A stretch of 64,000 nt of DNA from IMG/VR virus record IMGVR_UViG_3300005573_000006, positions 27,308-91,307 of that record, one strand, 5' to 3'. Both the position numbers and the translations under genes were made by a program. Positions 54,573 to 63,883 of this stretch are shown here, piece by piece (position 1 is the stretch's first letter; each line of letters begins with the position of its first letter). The notes beneath the pieces were generated by a model, which was not told the origin of the DNA, did not search any database, and worked only from the letters and a program-made list of their open reading frames with translations. Source of the DNA: a virus.

Positions 54573-54737
54573 ATTCCTTACAAATTAATAGGTAATACTA
54601 TATATACAAAATCTTCTGGGACTTGGAAGAAAAAACAAACTTGTTCTAGTCATGCAAATGCGGTAAAAGCGCTAGGTCTACTTGAGGGCCTAGAAAAAGG
54701 AACTATCAAGAAAAATAAAGTTAATAAAAAGAAATAA
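54573..54737 (+). CDS. Small phage protein lacking an ATG (ATT start or decapitated)
   Basis: (I)PYKLIGNTIYTKSSGTWKKKQTCSSHANAVKALGLLEGLE; in-frame stop at 54558 and no ATG. Confidence 0.45.
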   Translation: MPYKLIGNTIYTKSSGTWKKKQTCSSHANAVKALGLLEGLEKGTIKKNKVNKKK

Positions 54738-54738
54738 A

Positions 54739-55026
54739 ATGAAAATACCAAAAAAGATAAAAATAGCCGGATATAAGTATGATGTAAGGTTTGCTAAAAA
54801 CAGAGCTGAAGAAACTGGTTCAGACAATCCTGCATCATGTGTTTTTAGGTATCAGAAAATATTTATAGATAATGAACAACATAAAGAAGAACAAGAAAGT
54901 AGTTTTATCCACGAAATACTAGAAGCAATAAATTATCATTATCAACTCGGCCTTTCACACGAAAAAATATCTACTTTAGAAACGGCACTTTTTCAGGTAT
55001 TAAATGATAATAAACTTTTAAAATAA
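54739..55026 (+). CDS. Phage metallopeptidase-like protein
   Basis: MKIPKKIKI.G..Y.V, FIHEILEAI (HExxE). Confidence 0.65.
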   Translation: MKIPKKIKIAGYKYDVRFAKNRAEETGSDNPASCVFRYQKIFIDNEQHKEEQESSFIHEILEAINYHYQLGLSHEKISTLETALFQVLNDNKLLK

Positions 55027-55028
55027 AC

Positions 55029-55223
55029 ATGAATATACAAGAAATGTCAATAGAACAACTTAAATCATTGGGATTTGACTGTCAAAATGCAATTATGGTC
55101 AATCAAAAAAATCTTGAAATTATCAATCAAGAAATACAAAGAAGAAGTCAAATGTCTGAAGTTAAACAGGTCGAAGAGACAAAACCCAATAAAAAAAATA
55201 AACAGCAATCATTAGATTTGTAA
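55029..55223 (+). CDS. Hypothetical coiled-coil protein
   Basis: 64 aa. Confidence 0.65.
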   Translation: MNIQEMSIEQLKSLGFDCQNAIMVNQKNLEIINQEIQRRSQMSEVKQVEETKPNKKNKQQSLDL

Positions 55224-55224
55224 T

Positions 55225-55470
55225 ATGGTACAAACACAAGTATCACAAAGTCCGCTGCCATTAGAACCAACGGTAAAAAAAATGAATTTTTATGAAGCAT
55301 TAAAAGAAGTTGCGGCGGGTAAGAAAATAACCAAATTAGAATGGAAAGATAAAGAATATTACGGAATTTTAAATGATTCTCGTTTACAATTACACAAACC
55401 AGATGGCAAACTATACGATTGGCTAATATCTGATGCTGATCTAACAGGCACTGATTGGGTTGTATTATAA
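55225..55470 (+). CDS. DUF2829 / Tad2-like protein
   Basis: MNFYEALKEVAAGKKITKLEW...W..SDADL..TDW matches the DUF2829 pattern. Confidence 0.7.
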   Translation: MVQTQVSQSPLPLEPTVKKMNFYEALKEVAAGKKITKLEWKDKEYYGILNDSRLQLHKPDGKLYDWLISDADLTGTDWVVL

Positions 55471-55548
55471 ATATGGACACAAATACTGTACAAACTTACG
55501 GCGACAAAACCATAAAGCCAGATATAAAAAGTAAAAAGAAATAAATAT

Positions 55549-57156
55549 ATGAGTTACGAAAACTTTATACAAACATTAGATCAAAAAACAAGTAGAAATA
55601 AAATAAAAGAAGGTATAAATTTGGCCGCAGAAATGGTGAAACCAACACTCGGTTGTTCTTCACGCAGAATAATAGTCCAGGAAGAATATCGCGGCATTTC
55701 TGCCATAGATGATGGAAAGGTTATTTTAGAAGCATTAAAAGTAAAAGATCCACAAATACAGGCGGGTATTGATGTTGTAAAAGAATGTGCCACAAAACAA
55801 GACGAAGAAGGAGATGGTACAACTTCAACTTCTTTGATTCTTTGTTCATTGGTAAATTCTCTTCTTCAAGAAGATTCGCAAGAAGAACTTTTATTCAAAA
55901 AGACTTCTGGAAATAATTTGAGATTGCGTAAAGAATTAAAAACTGGATTAAAAAAGGTTTTAGATTATATTGATAAAAACAAAATAGAAATTACCACAAA
56001 AGAACAGTTGGCACAAGTTGGCGCTGTATCTTCAAACGATAAAGAAATTGGTGATATACTAGCTGATATGTTTGACAAACTTGGAAAAGATGGTGCAGTA
56101 AGTATATCGGAAGGAACATCTATTAAAACAGAAAGCGAAGTTGTTAGTGGATATTCGTTTGATCAAGGGTGGTTAGCACCTCATTTTGCCACTAACGAGA
56201 AAGAAGAAGCTGTATTAGTTGGTGATCCATATACTTCGGTACTGGTTACTCAAAACAAACTGCAAGACTATAAACATATGCAAAAACTGGCTGAACTTTT
56301 TGAAAAAGAAGGTGTCAATGATTTGCTTATAATTGCAGATGATGTTTCTGGAATACCGCTTAATTCACTTGTTGTCAATAAAATGCGACAAGTTATTAGA
56401 GTTTGCGCGGTAAAAGCGCCCCAACTTGGAACACAAGCAGAAACATTACAAGATATTTGTGCTGTAACCGGTGCTACATTGATTGGTGGAAGTGGAGGTC
56501 CAAAGTTTGAAGAAATAAAACCAGAACATTTGGGCAAAGCACAAAAAGTTGTTGTGTCCAAAGATAAAACAATCATCATCGGATTACAAGAAGATAATAA
56601 AAAATTAGAAGAAAGAATAAAAGTATTAGAAGGAAGAGTAGAAAGAGAGTCAAGTGAATATGAAAAGAAGAAATTATTGGAAAGAATATCTAAACTTCGT
56701 TGTGGAGTTGGCAATATAAAAGTTGGCGGGACTACGCCATTAGAAATAAAGGATAAAAAAGCGAAGATCACAGATGCTGTTGCGGCTGTAAAGTCTGCAA
56801 TGAAAGGTGGAATTGTTGCTGGTGGCGGAGTGGCGCTATTACTTGCTTCATTAGAACTTGATGAGAAAATAGAAGGAGAAAAGATTTTAAAGAAGGCAAT
56901 ACAAACTCCATTTGAACAGATAATGGAAAATGCGGATGTAAATATATCTAAAGAAAAAGTATTTGAAACTGGACTTGGATATAATGTAGAAACCGAAGAA
57001 TTTTGTGACTTGGTAAAAGCCGGTATTGTTGACCCGGCCAATGTTGTAAAAGCTGAAGTAGAGAATAGTGTTAGCACCGCAATAATGGTATCGAATATTG
57101 GGGGTGCATTAACTTTAATTAGAAAGAAAAAAGAAGAAAACGATGAAACAAATTAA
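55549..57156 (+). CDS. groEL: Group I chaperonin
   Basis: VKPTLG, DDG, GDGTTS, FDQGW, VCAVKAP, IKVGG, GIVAGGGVAL, GIVDPA. Confidence 0.95.
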   Translation: MSYENFIQTLDQKTSRNKIKEGINLAAEMVKPTLGCSSRRIIVQEEYRGISAIDDGKVILEALKVKDPQIQAGIDVVKECATKQDEEGDGTTSTSLILCSLVNSLLQEDSQEELLFKKTSGNNLRLRKELKTGLKKVLDYIDKNKIEITTKEQLAQVGAVSSNDKEIGDILADMFDKLGKDGAVSISEGTSIKTESEVVSGYSFDQGWLAPHFATNEKEEAVLVGDPYTSVLVTQNKLQDYKHMQKLAELFEKEGVNDLLIIADDVSGIPLNSLVVNKMRQVIRVCAVKAPQLGTQAETLQDICAVTGATLIGGSGGPKFEEIKPEHLGKAQKVVVSKDKTIIIGLQEDNKKLEERIKVLEGRVERESSEYEKKKLLERISKLRCGVGNIKVGGTTPLEIKDKKAKITDAVAAVKSAMKGGIVAGGGVALLLASLELDEKIEGEKILKKAIQTPFEQIMENADVNISKEKVFETGLGYNVETEEFCDLVKAGIVDPANVVKAEVENSVSTAIMVSNIGGALTLIRKKKEENDETN

Positions 57157-57463
57157 ACATTTAGAAAAATATTATTTTAAAAAGGGAGATAATAAAAAAC
57201 CAAAAAAATTATTTTGGGATAAAGACTGGTTAGAAAAAGAAATGAAAACTAAATCAGTTTCTCAAATTGCTAAAGAACAAGGAGCAGGCCGACATGCAAT
57301 ATATAAATGGATAAGAAAATATTTTGGACCTAAAGAAAAGGGATTTTGTATAAAATATTGGTGGGATACTAATAAAAAACAATTTTCGGTAACCCTACAT
57401 CAAGACGGTATAATTGTAAATAGTGGTCACTTTAAACAAGAGACATCCCCTATGCCAAGTTAA
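57143..57463 (+). CDS. HTH DNA-binding protein
   Basis: KSVSQIAKEQGAGRHAIYKWIRKY. Confidence 0.7.
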   Translation: MKQIKHLEKYYFKKGDNKKPKKLFWDKDWLEKEMKTKSVSQIAKEQGAGRHAIYKWIRKYFGPKEKGFCIKYWWDTNKKQFSVTLHQDGIIVNSGHFKQETSPMPS

Positions 57464-57616
57464 CAGTTTAAAAAGCAAGGAAATACGCCATTTTTTGAAG
57501 CATAAATTTGGTTATAAGTATCATTTATCGTCTTTTTAACCAAAAAATTAAAAAAACCAATAAAATCAAGGATTTTTGAAGTATTAAAAAATTGTTGACT
57601 TGGCGTAAAAAAAAAT

Positions 57617-58156
57617 ATGCAAAAAAATGACAAAAAGTACTCTATAAGTGAAGTTTCAAAAATAGACAGAGAAATAAGAAATTTGTCAAGTATTTATTCT
57701 GCTACTCGTATTAAAGTGGGAATGACCTTGGCGCAAAGGATAAAAGAAATAGAAGAGAATAAACTTTATTTGAAGTTAGACGAAAAGGCCTATCCAAATT
57801 TTTCTAGATACATTGAATCCATCGGAATGAATTATAAATCTGTTATGCAACTTTTGGGACTATATAATACTTTTGTTTTGGTTGCAGGATTTTCTGTTGA
57901 TGAACTTTCAAAAATAAGTTATCCGAAACTTTCTGTCTTAAAACCATATCTGTTTTCTAAAAAAGAAGGTAAATATATTTTATTAAAACCATTATCCGAA
58001 GTTAAGAAGTGGGTTAAAGATGCGGCCAGTGATTTATCTATAGAAGATCTAAAACAGTTACGGCGCGAAAAAGAAATTGGCCCACATGAACATGATTTTA
58101 AAATAGTTAAATATAAAGTATGCCGTGTCTGCGGATTGCGCGAAGGAGATTATTAA
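57617..58156 (+). CDS. Hypothetical replication-region protein
   Basis: LY...YPNFSRY motif; C-terminal HEH..CRVCG. Confidence 0.7.
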   Translation: MQKNDKKYSISEVSKIDREIRNLSSIYSATRIKVGMTLAQRIKEIEENKLYLKLDEKAYPNFSRYIESIGMNYKSVMQLLGLYNTFVLVAGFSVDELSKISYPKLSVLKPYLFSKKEGKYILLKPLSEVKKWVKDAASDLSIEDLKQLRREKEIGPHEHDFKIVKYKVCRVCGLREGDY

Positions 58157-59647
58157 ATGGAAGATATAAAAAGTATACAATCAATATTTTCACTTTATTC
58201 ACGTCCGTCTATCCCTTACCAGAAATATGAGGATTATTTATATGGAGATAATAAAGACGGACTTCGTTATCTTGTCAAAACAAGAGGATTAGAGCCGAGT
58301 ACTTTACAATATTTTCATATCGGGTTTACAGAAACAAACGAAATAGCTATTCCAATATTTAAAGATGGCGAGGTTATAGACTATAAATATCGTTCAATAG
58401 TAGATAAAGTATTTAGGCGACATCCAGGATCAGAGACATGGGTATTTCATGAGACAGGGTTCCAACACGCGGTTGAAGACGGATATCTAATAGTGACAGA
58501 GGGTGAGATAGATTGTTGTTCACTTTTTCAATTAGGTTTTAAATCTGTTGTCAGTATTTCTTCTGGAGCACAAGGGCCAACCCCGTGGATAAGTAAGATT
58601 CCCGATGGTATAAAAATATTCATAAACTTTGACAATGACGATGCTGGTCAAGAAGCGGCGCAAAAACTGGCAGAAAGAATAGGAATAGACAGATGTTATA
58701 ATGTGTGTTTTAAAGATGTTAAGGATGCTAATGAATTTTTAGTAAAGGGTGGCACAAAAGAAGATTATCAGAAACTTTTAGATGAAGCACAAAGATTTAG
58801 AATAAAAGATATATTTAGAATAGATGAAGTTCTTGACAAATTAAAAAATAATAAGTTAAACAGAACCCCGGTATTTTCTGAAAAACTAACTGCGCATTTA
58901 AATGGCGGTATTCCGTCAAAATCATTAGTTTGTATTTCGGGGAAAACAGGTGTCGGAAAAAGTAATTGCCTTTTAAATCTTTTAGTTAATCATTCGGATA
59001 ATGGTAGACCGGTATTATTGGTAAGTTTAGAAAATGATTTAGTGTTTACAATACAAAGAATATTGGAGATTAAATATAAAAAACCATTTGAAGAATTTAG
59101 TCAAGAAGATTGGGAAAAGATAAAATCTGAACTAATAGATTATCCATTTTATATTGATGTATCAATGGATACATATACGGTTCCAAAAGTAGAAAAGATT
59201 ATTGAGCAAGCAAAAAAATTATATGGAATAGAGTTTTTTGGATTTGACCATATCGGATTTTTACCGACAAGAGATGACCCAAGAGAAATATCAGAAATGG
59301 TACGCGCCTTTAAAATGATTGCTAGAACATATGACATTATTATATATATGGTTTCACATGTAAGAAAAGCACAAAATACAGATGATTATATAACGGGAGA
59401 AGATTTAAAAGGAAGTCAATCAATAGCCGGAGATTCTGATATTATACTTTTGTTGGTTGATACAAAAGCGGGATTAGAAATAAGTATAGATAAAGCCCGC
59501 ATGAGTAAGAGTAAATTACGAATACCAGTATTGTTTGATGGACCAAGTGGGGTTTTTAGAGACGATAATATGCGAGAGGTTAGACATTATGGAGAAACGG
59601 TTAGTGATCCTGTGGCAAAAGAAACAGTAAGTGAAGTAGATTTTTAA
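58157..59647 (+). CDS. Primase-helicase (TOPRIM + SF4/DnaB-like helicase)
   Basis: TEGEID, FDNDDAG, KDANE TOPRIM motifs; GKTGVGKS Walker A, SLEND, FDH, VSHVRK, DLKGS...DSD, KAR. Confidence 0.92.
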   Translation: MEDIKSIQSIFSLYSRPSIPYQKYEDYLYGDNKDGLRYLVKTRGLEPSTLQYFHIGFTETNEIAIPIFKDGEVIDYKYRSIVDKVFRRHPGSETWVFHETGFQHAVEDGYLIVTEGEIDCCSLFQLGFKSVVSISSGAQGPTPWISKIPDGIKIFINFDNDDAGQEAAQKLAERIGIDRCYNVCFKDVKDANEFLVKGGTKEDYQKLLDEAQRFRIKDIFRIDEVLDKLKNNKLNRTPVFSEKLTAHLNGGIPSKSLVCISGKTGVGKSNCLLNLLVNHSDNGRPVLLVSLENDLVFTIQRILEIKYKKPFEEFSQEDWEKIKSELIDYPFYIDVSMDTYTVPKVEKIIEQAKKLYGIEFFGFDHIGFLPTRDDPREISEMVRAFKMIARTYDIIIYMVSHVRKAQNTDDYITGEDLKGSQSIAGDSDIILLLVDTKAGLEISIDKARMSKSKLRIPVLFDGPSGVFRDDNMREVRHYGETVSDPVAKETVSEVDF

Positions 59648-59648
59648 A

Positions 59649-59966
59649 ATGAAAAATATCTTTGAAAAAATTAAAGAAATAGTAGAGAAATATGGAATAA
59701 TGCAATTACTGGGAAGTGATGGTAGTTGTGCTTGCGGTTCTTGTGAAATATTTGGAATTAAAATAAATACTCATTGTCATAAATCAAATGGTTTTTATAA
59801 TGGTAAAAACTATTGTGATTGTAAGTATTCTGGTGTTCATATTAGTAAATGGCAAGATATAGATTTGACAGAACAAGAATTAAAAGCAATAGCAAATATT
59901 TTTGCGGATTATATTCGCAATTCTTATATGACAGACGTAAAAGTGATAGTAGAAAAAGAAATATGA
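59649..59966 (+). CDS. Cys-rich hypothetical protein
   Basis: CACGSC...HCH...CDC. Confidence 0.6.
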   Translation: MKNIFEKIKEIVEKYGIMQLLGSDGSCACGSCEIFGIKINTHCHKSNGFYNGKNYCDCKYSGVHISKWQDIDLTEQELKAIANIFADYIRNSYMTDVKVIVEKEI

Positions 59967-60235
59967 CAAATCTACAAATACAAAAAGCTAAAGAAGTGGA
60001 TTTGCGAGATATTATTTATAAACTTGAGATTCCATATGAACAAGCAAGTGATCACGTAAAAATTAGATGTATTTGGCATGAAGAACTAAACCCTTCTCTT
60101 GCTATATATAGTGACCATTTTCATTGTTTTGGATGTAATATTCATGGTGATCAAATAGATTTTATTCAGAAAATATATAACTGTGGTTTTAAAAATGCGG
60201 TTAGGTTTTTAAATAGTTATGAAAAAAATAATTAA
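59963..60235 (+). CDS. Stand-alone CHC2 zinc-finger (primase zinc-binding domain)
   Basis: CIWHEELNPS...FHCFGC...GDQIDF; ATGA-coupled start at 59963. Confidence 0.85.
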   Translation: MTNLQIQKAKEVDLRDIIYKLEIPYEQASDHVKIRCIWHEELNPSLAIYSDHFHCFGCNIHGDQIDFIQKIYNCGFKNAVRFLNSYEKNN

Positions 60236-61175
60236 TAAAAATGTATTAGATTTTGATGATGTATTAATAGTTCCAAAATTGGGAAGAATAAATTCTAGAT
60301 CAGAAGTGTCTTTAACAATAAAAAATACAGACAAGATACCAATAATTGCTTCTAATATGGATACGGTTGGTACCATATCTATGGCTAAAAAAATGGCCGA
60401 GCATGGAATGTTTACTGCTATACATAAATTTATAGACAATAAAGATATATATAATGAAATTCATAATATACAAGACTATTTTTTCTACACTATAGGAATT
60501 AGAGACGAAGATATAAAAAGATTATATGAATACACAAAAAATTATGGCACTCTTAAAAATATATGTATAGATGTTGCAAACGGATATATACCTAATTTTT
60601 TAAAAGTAGTACGGTTAATTAGAAAAGATTTTCCGCATTCGTTAATTATGGCCGGCAATGTTGTAACTCCAGAAGGAGTGAGGGCGGTGTCAAAAGCCGG
60701 CGCTGATATAGTTAAAATTGGTATTGGTTCTGGCAATGTTTGTAGTACCAGATTAATAACTGGTGTTGGTTATCCACAATTAAGCGCAATATTAGAATGT
60801 AAAAAAGTTGGTGTGCCAATTTGTTCTGATGGCGGATGTAGACATCCTGGTGATATTGCAAAAGCATTTGCGGCAGGCGCTGATTTTGTTATGTTGGGTA
60901 GTATGTTGGCTGGTCATGATGAATGTGAACAAGATGTTATTTGTAATAGAATGCCATTATACGGTATGGGATCTGCTAGAGCAATGAGAAGATATTATGG
61001 TGGAGTAGCACATTATAGAGCAACAGAAGGAATAGAAACTACTGTTGAATATAAGGGTTCTGTTGAAAATACGATATCTCAAATATTAGGTGGGTTAAGA
61101 TCTTCGTTTTCTTATGTTGGTGCTAAAAATTTAAAAGAATTTTATAAAAAATCACAATTAATAATTAAATATTAA
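60219..61175 (+). CDS. guaC: GMP reductase
   Basis: LDFDDVLIVPK, ASNMDTVGT, CIDVANGY, GIGSGNVCSTR..TGVGYPQLSA, SDGGC, YGMGS, YRATEG; no CBS domains. Confidence 0.85.
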   Translation: MKKIINKNVLDFDDVLIVPKLGRINSRSEVSLTIKNTDKIPIIASNMDTVGTISMAKKMAEHGMFTAIHKFIDNKDIYNEIHNIQDYFFYTIGIRDEDIKRLYEYTKNYGTLKNICIDVANGYIPNFLKVVRLIRKDFPHSLIMAGNVVTPEGVRAVSKAGADIVKIGIGSGNVCSTRLITGVGYPQLSAILECKKVGVPICSDGGCRHPGDIAKAFAAGADFVMLGSMLAGHDECEQDVICNRMPLYGMGSARAMRRYYGGVAHYRATEGIETTVEYKGSVENTISQILGGLRSSFSYVGAKNLKEFYKKSQLIIKY

Positions 61176-61177
61176 CA

Positions 61178-61814
61178 ATGAATAAAGACTGGACTGGTAA
61201 TAAATCAACAGTATTTTCTCAAATAGGTGCGGCAAACTATGCCAAAACAGATCGAGAAGAACATGATTTTTATGCTTCACCGCCACAAGCATTAGAAGAT
61301 TTATTACAGGTTGAAAAATTTAGTAATGTTTGGGAAGTGGCCTGCGGTAGTGGCCATTTAGCAAAAGTATTAGAAAAGTACAATATATTGGGACGTGCTT
61401 CTGATTTATATGATCATGGTTATGGAGAAATTGGGATAGATTTTCTTAAACAAAAAGATTTATGGAATGGAGATATTATAACTAATCCGCCATATCGGTT
61501 TGCCGAACAATTTGCTCGTAAAAGTATAGAAATTATACCAAACGGGAGAAAGTTGGCAATGTTACTTAAAAATACAGTTTCTTGAGGGCAAAAAACGACA
61601 AACTTTTTATAAAGATAATCCACCAAAAACAATATATATATGGCCATGGAGAATATTTTGTGCAATGAATGGTAATTTCAATAATATAAGACATGGAAGT
61701 CCAATGATGTTTTGTTGGATTGTTTGGGAAAAGGGATTTAGGGAAGACCCTGTAATTAAATGGTTTCAGGACGAAGAACCATGGAAAAAAATAAAAGCAG
61801 CCGCAAGATTGTGA
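61178..61814 (+). pseudogene. Amino-methyltransferase (NPPY) with a +1 frameshift in an A5 run at 61568-61572
   Basis: DFYASP, WEVACGSGHL, ITNPPY; skipping one A gives LLKIQFLEGKKR...NPPK...CAMNG...WIVWEKG to a stop at 61814. Confidence 0.75.
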
Positions 61815-61830
61815 ATAAAAACAAATAAAT

Positions 61831-62295
61831 ATGAAAAGCCAAATTGCTCATAAAATAAAGCATAGAGAAACACCAAATAACGAGTTTTTTATACCAAGAA
61901 GATTGGCCGAAAAATTATTTGAATTAGTACCTGTTAAAAAGGGCGAAGTGATTATGGATAATGCTTATGGAACTGGAAACTTTTATTTTGGGGGACTAAA
62001 ATCAAACGATTTTCTAAATGATAATAGAAAAGTAGATTGGTATATTACAAATCCGCCTTATTCTTTTTTAGATAAATGGCTAATAAAATCTTGTGAAGCA
62101 AAAAAGGGGTTTGCTTATTTACTTGGAATCCATAATTTAACTCCAAGACGGATAGAAATGTGTGAACAAATGGGGTTTGGAATAACTAAAATTTATTTAT
62201 GTAAAGTTTTTAAGTGGTTTGGTATTTCTGCTTTTATAGTTTGGGAAAAGAATAAAAGGGGAATTATAGAATATAGTAGAAAGGTTTGGTATTAA
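61831..62295 (+). CDS. Small amino-methyltransferase (NPPY)
   Basis: DNAYGTGNF, WYITNPPYS, FIVWEK. Confidence 0.75.
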   Translation: MKSQIAHKIKHRETPNNEFFIPRRLAEKLFELVPVKKGEVIMDNAYGTGNFYFGGLKSNDFLNDNRKVDWYITNPPYSFLDKWLIKSCEAKKGFAYLLGIHNLTPRRIEMCEQMGFGITKIYLCKVFKWFGISAFIVWEKNKRGIIEYSRKVWY

Positions 62296-62300
62296 TATAT

Positions 62301-62545
62301 ATGAGTAATAAACTTGAACAATTTATAGAAAAAATAACAAAAGAAACAGATTTTACTGAGACAATGGTGACATTAGATTATATTAAACCGCCAGAAACAA
62401 TACCGTTTGGTATATTATCTATTGATAAGGCAGTAGGAATAGGGGATATCCTAAGAGGTATGTTTTCTGAATTATACGGAAATGAAGCACAACAAAGTCA
62501 AGTTTGTGTTTGGGATTAATTGGGCAGGCACAAAATTATAAATAA
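62301..62545 (+). pseudogene. recA: recA/uvsX N-terminal remnant
   Basis: IPFGILSIDKAVGIGDILRGMFSELYGNE; a -1 shift gives STTKSSLCLGLIGQAQ (degenerate Walker A), then a stop. Confidence 0.75.
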
Positions 62546-62666
62546 ATAGTATATAATTAATAATGTATAACAGTTATCTAACAAGTAGGTCAAAGACTGA
62601 ATATAAATAATTATCTTCAGTCTCCGACCTATTGGTCGGATAGTTCCTTAAAAAGGAGGTAGCAGG

Positions 62667-63587
62667 ATGAGAAAGGAAGATATTATTACGGCACTGGCCG
62701 AACGAATTATTGCTGGTATTCCTGATATTAAAAAAGATATAATTCCTATTCCAAAAATCCCCAAAACCGGAAAATTTGATGAAGAGGAGTTTGTTCTTTT
62801 AATATCAGATATTCAGATTGGACACAAAACCAACACCTTTGATATTGGAGTTGCTAAAAACCGTTGTGAAATATTAGTTCGTGGGCTTGCCAAGATTACG
62901 GCAATCCATCGGGCGTCGCATCCAGTGAGGAATATAAATTTATTTTTACTGGGCGACAATATACACAATGAAACTATTGGACGCTTTCTTGATTTGGATG
63001 AGTTTGATGTCGTAGTTAAAAAACAGGTCTTTGAGGGAGCAATTCCTATTTTGTCTCGGATTATTGCTTTCTGTGCCGCCAACTTTAATCAGGTTAGGAT
63101 TTGGGCGGTTAGGGGTAATCACGGCAATATGGGTAAGTTTGCCGCTACGACGACTAACTTTGATGATGTTATTTACGAATTTTTGAGGAGTGAGCTCCGC
63201 AACCAGAAGAATGCCGAGTTCCATTTAACCGATAACTTCTATCAGGTGGCCAAGGTTATGAACACTCGCTTCCTGTTGGTTCACGGCGACAACATCCGTA
63301 TGTGGATGAACATTCCTTCTTACGGTATCACCCAACGACTTATGAGATGGCAAGGAAGTATTCAAAGTTTTGACGTAATGGTTCTTGGGCACTTCCATAA
63401 TTTCGTCCATCAGGACTGGAATGACAAGGAGTTTATTGTTAATGGTACTTGGGTTACCGATGATGATTATGTTCGCAAGAATTTAGGACTTAAGGGCTCT
63501 TGCGTGCAGGTTCTGTTGTCAGTGCATCCTCGGCAGGGAATTACTTTTACGAGAAGAATTCGTTTAACCAATGGAGGTGAGAAATGA
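62667..63587 (+). CDS. Calcineurin-like metallophosphoesterase
   Basis: SDIQIG, LGD, GNHG, HGD, GHFH; AGGAGG SD. Confidence 0.88.
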   Translation: MRKEDIITALAERIIAGIPDIKKDIIPIPKIPKTGKFDEEEFVLLISDIQIGHKTNTFDIGVAKNRCEILVRGLAKITAIHRASHPVRNINLFLLGDNIHNETIGRFLDLDEFDVVVKKQVFEGAIPILSRIIAFCAANFNQVRIWAVRGNHGNMGKFAATTTNFDDVIYEFLRSELRNQKNAEFHLTDNFYQVAKVMNTRFLLVHGDNIRMWMNIPSYGITQRLMRWQGSIQSFDVMVLGHFHNFVHQDWNDKEFIVNGTWVTDDDYVRKNLGLKGSCVQVLLSVHPRQGITFTRRIRLTNGGEK

Positions 63588-63883
63588 AACTCTTTGACAA
63601 GGTTATGAGCGTTAAAGCCGTAGTAGTTTTTCAAAAGCCAAGAGGGGCTAAAGGAATGGTTTTGGTAGGATGTAAAAATGAGATGTTTATTTCTCTTAAA
63701 TCCAGAGTAAGTCCGGCCAGTATTTATCTTCACGAATGTCTTCACGTGCTCTATCCCCGTTGGTCAGAGAGAAAAATTCTGGCAACGGAAAGAAGAATGT
63801 GGAAGAGCTTAACGGTTCACCAACGTTACCTCCTTTATAGAAAGCTCTTTAATAGACCATTTAGGAGGGGTTATGAAGAGTAA
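63584..63883 (+). CDS. Small HExxH metallopeptidase-like protein
   Basis: YLHECLHVLYP..SE; GGAGGT SD. Confidence 0.65.
   Translation: MKLFDKVMSVKAVVVFQKPRGAKGMVLVGCKNEMFISLKSRVSPASIYLHECLHVLYPRWSERKILATERRMWKSLTVHQRYLLYRKLFNRPFRRGYEE

Noticed and set aside
56268-57077. 269-aa antisense ORF, and the many other opposite-strand ORFs in the track
   Set aside because: Shadow frames of well-supported genes (GroEL, DnaE, portal and others) with no motifs or start signals
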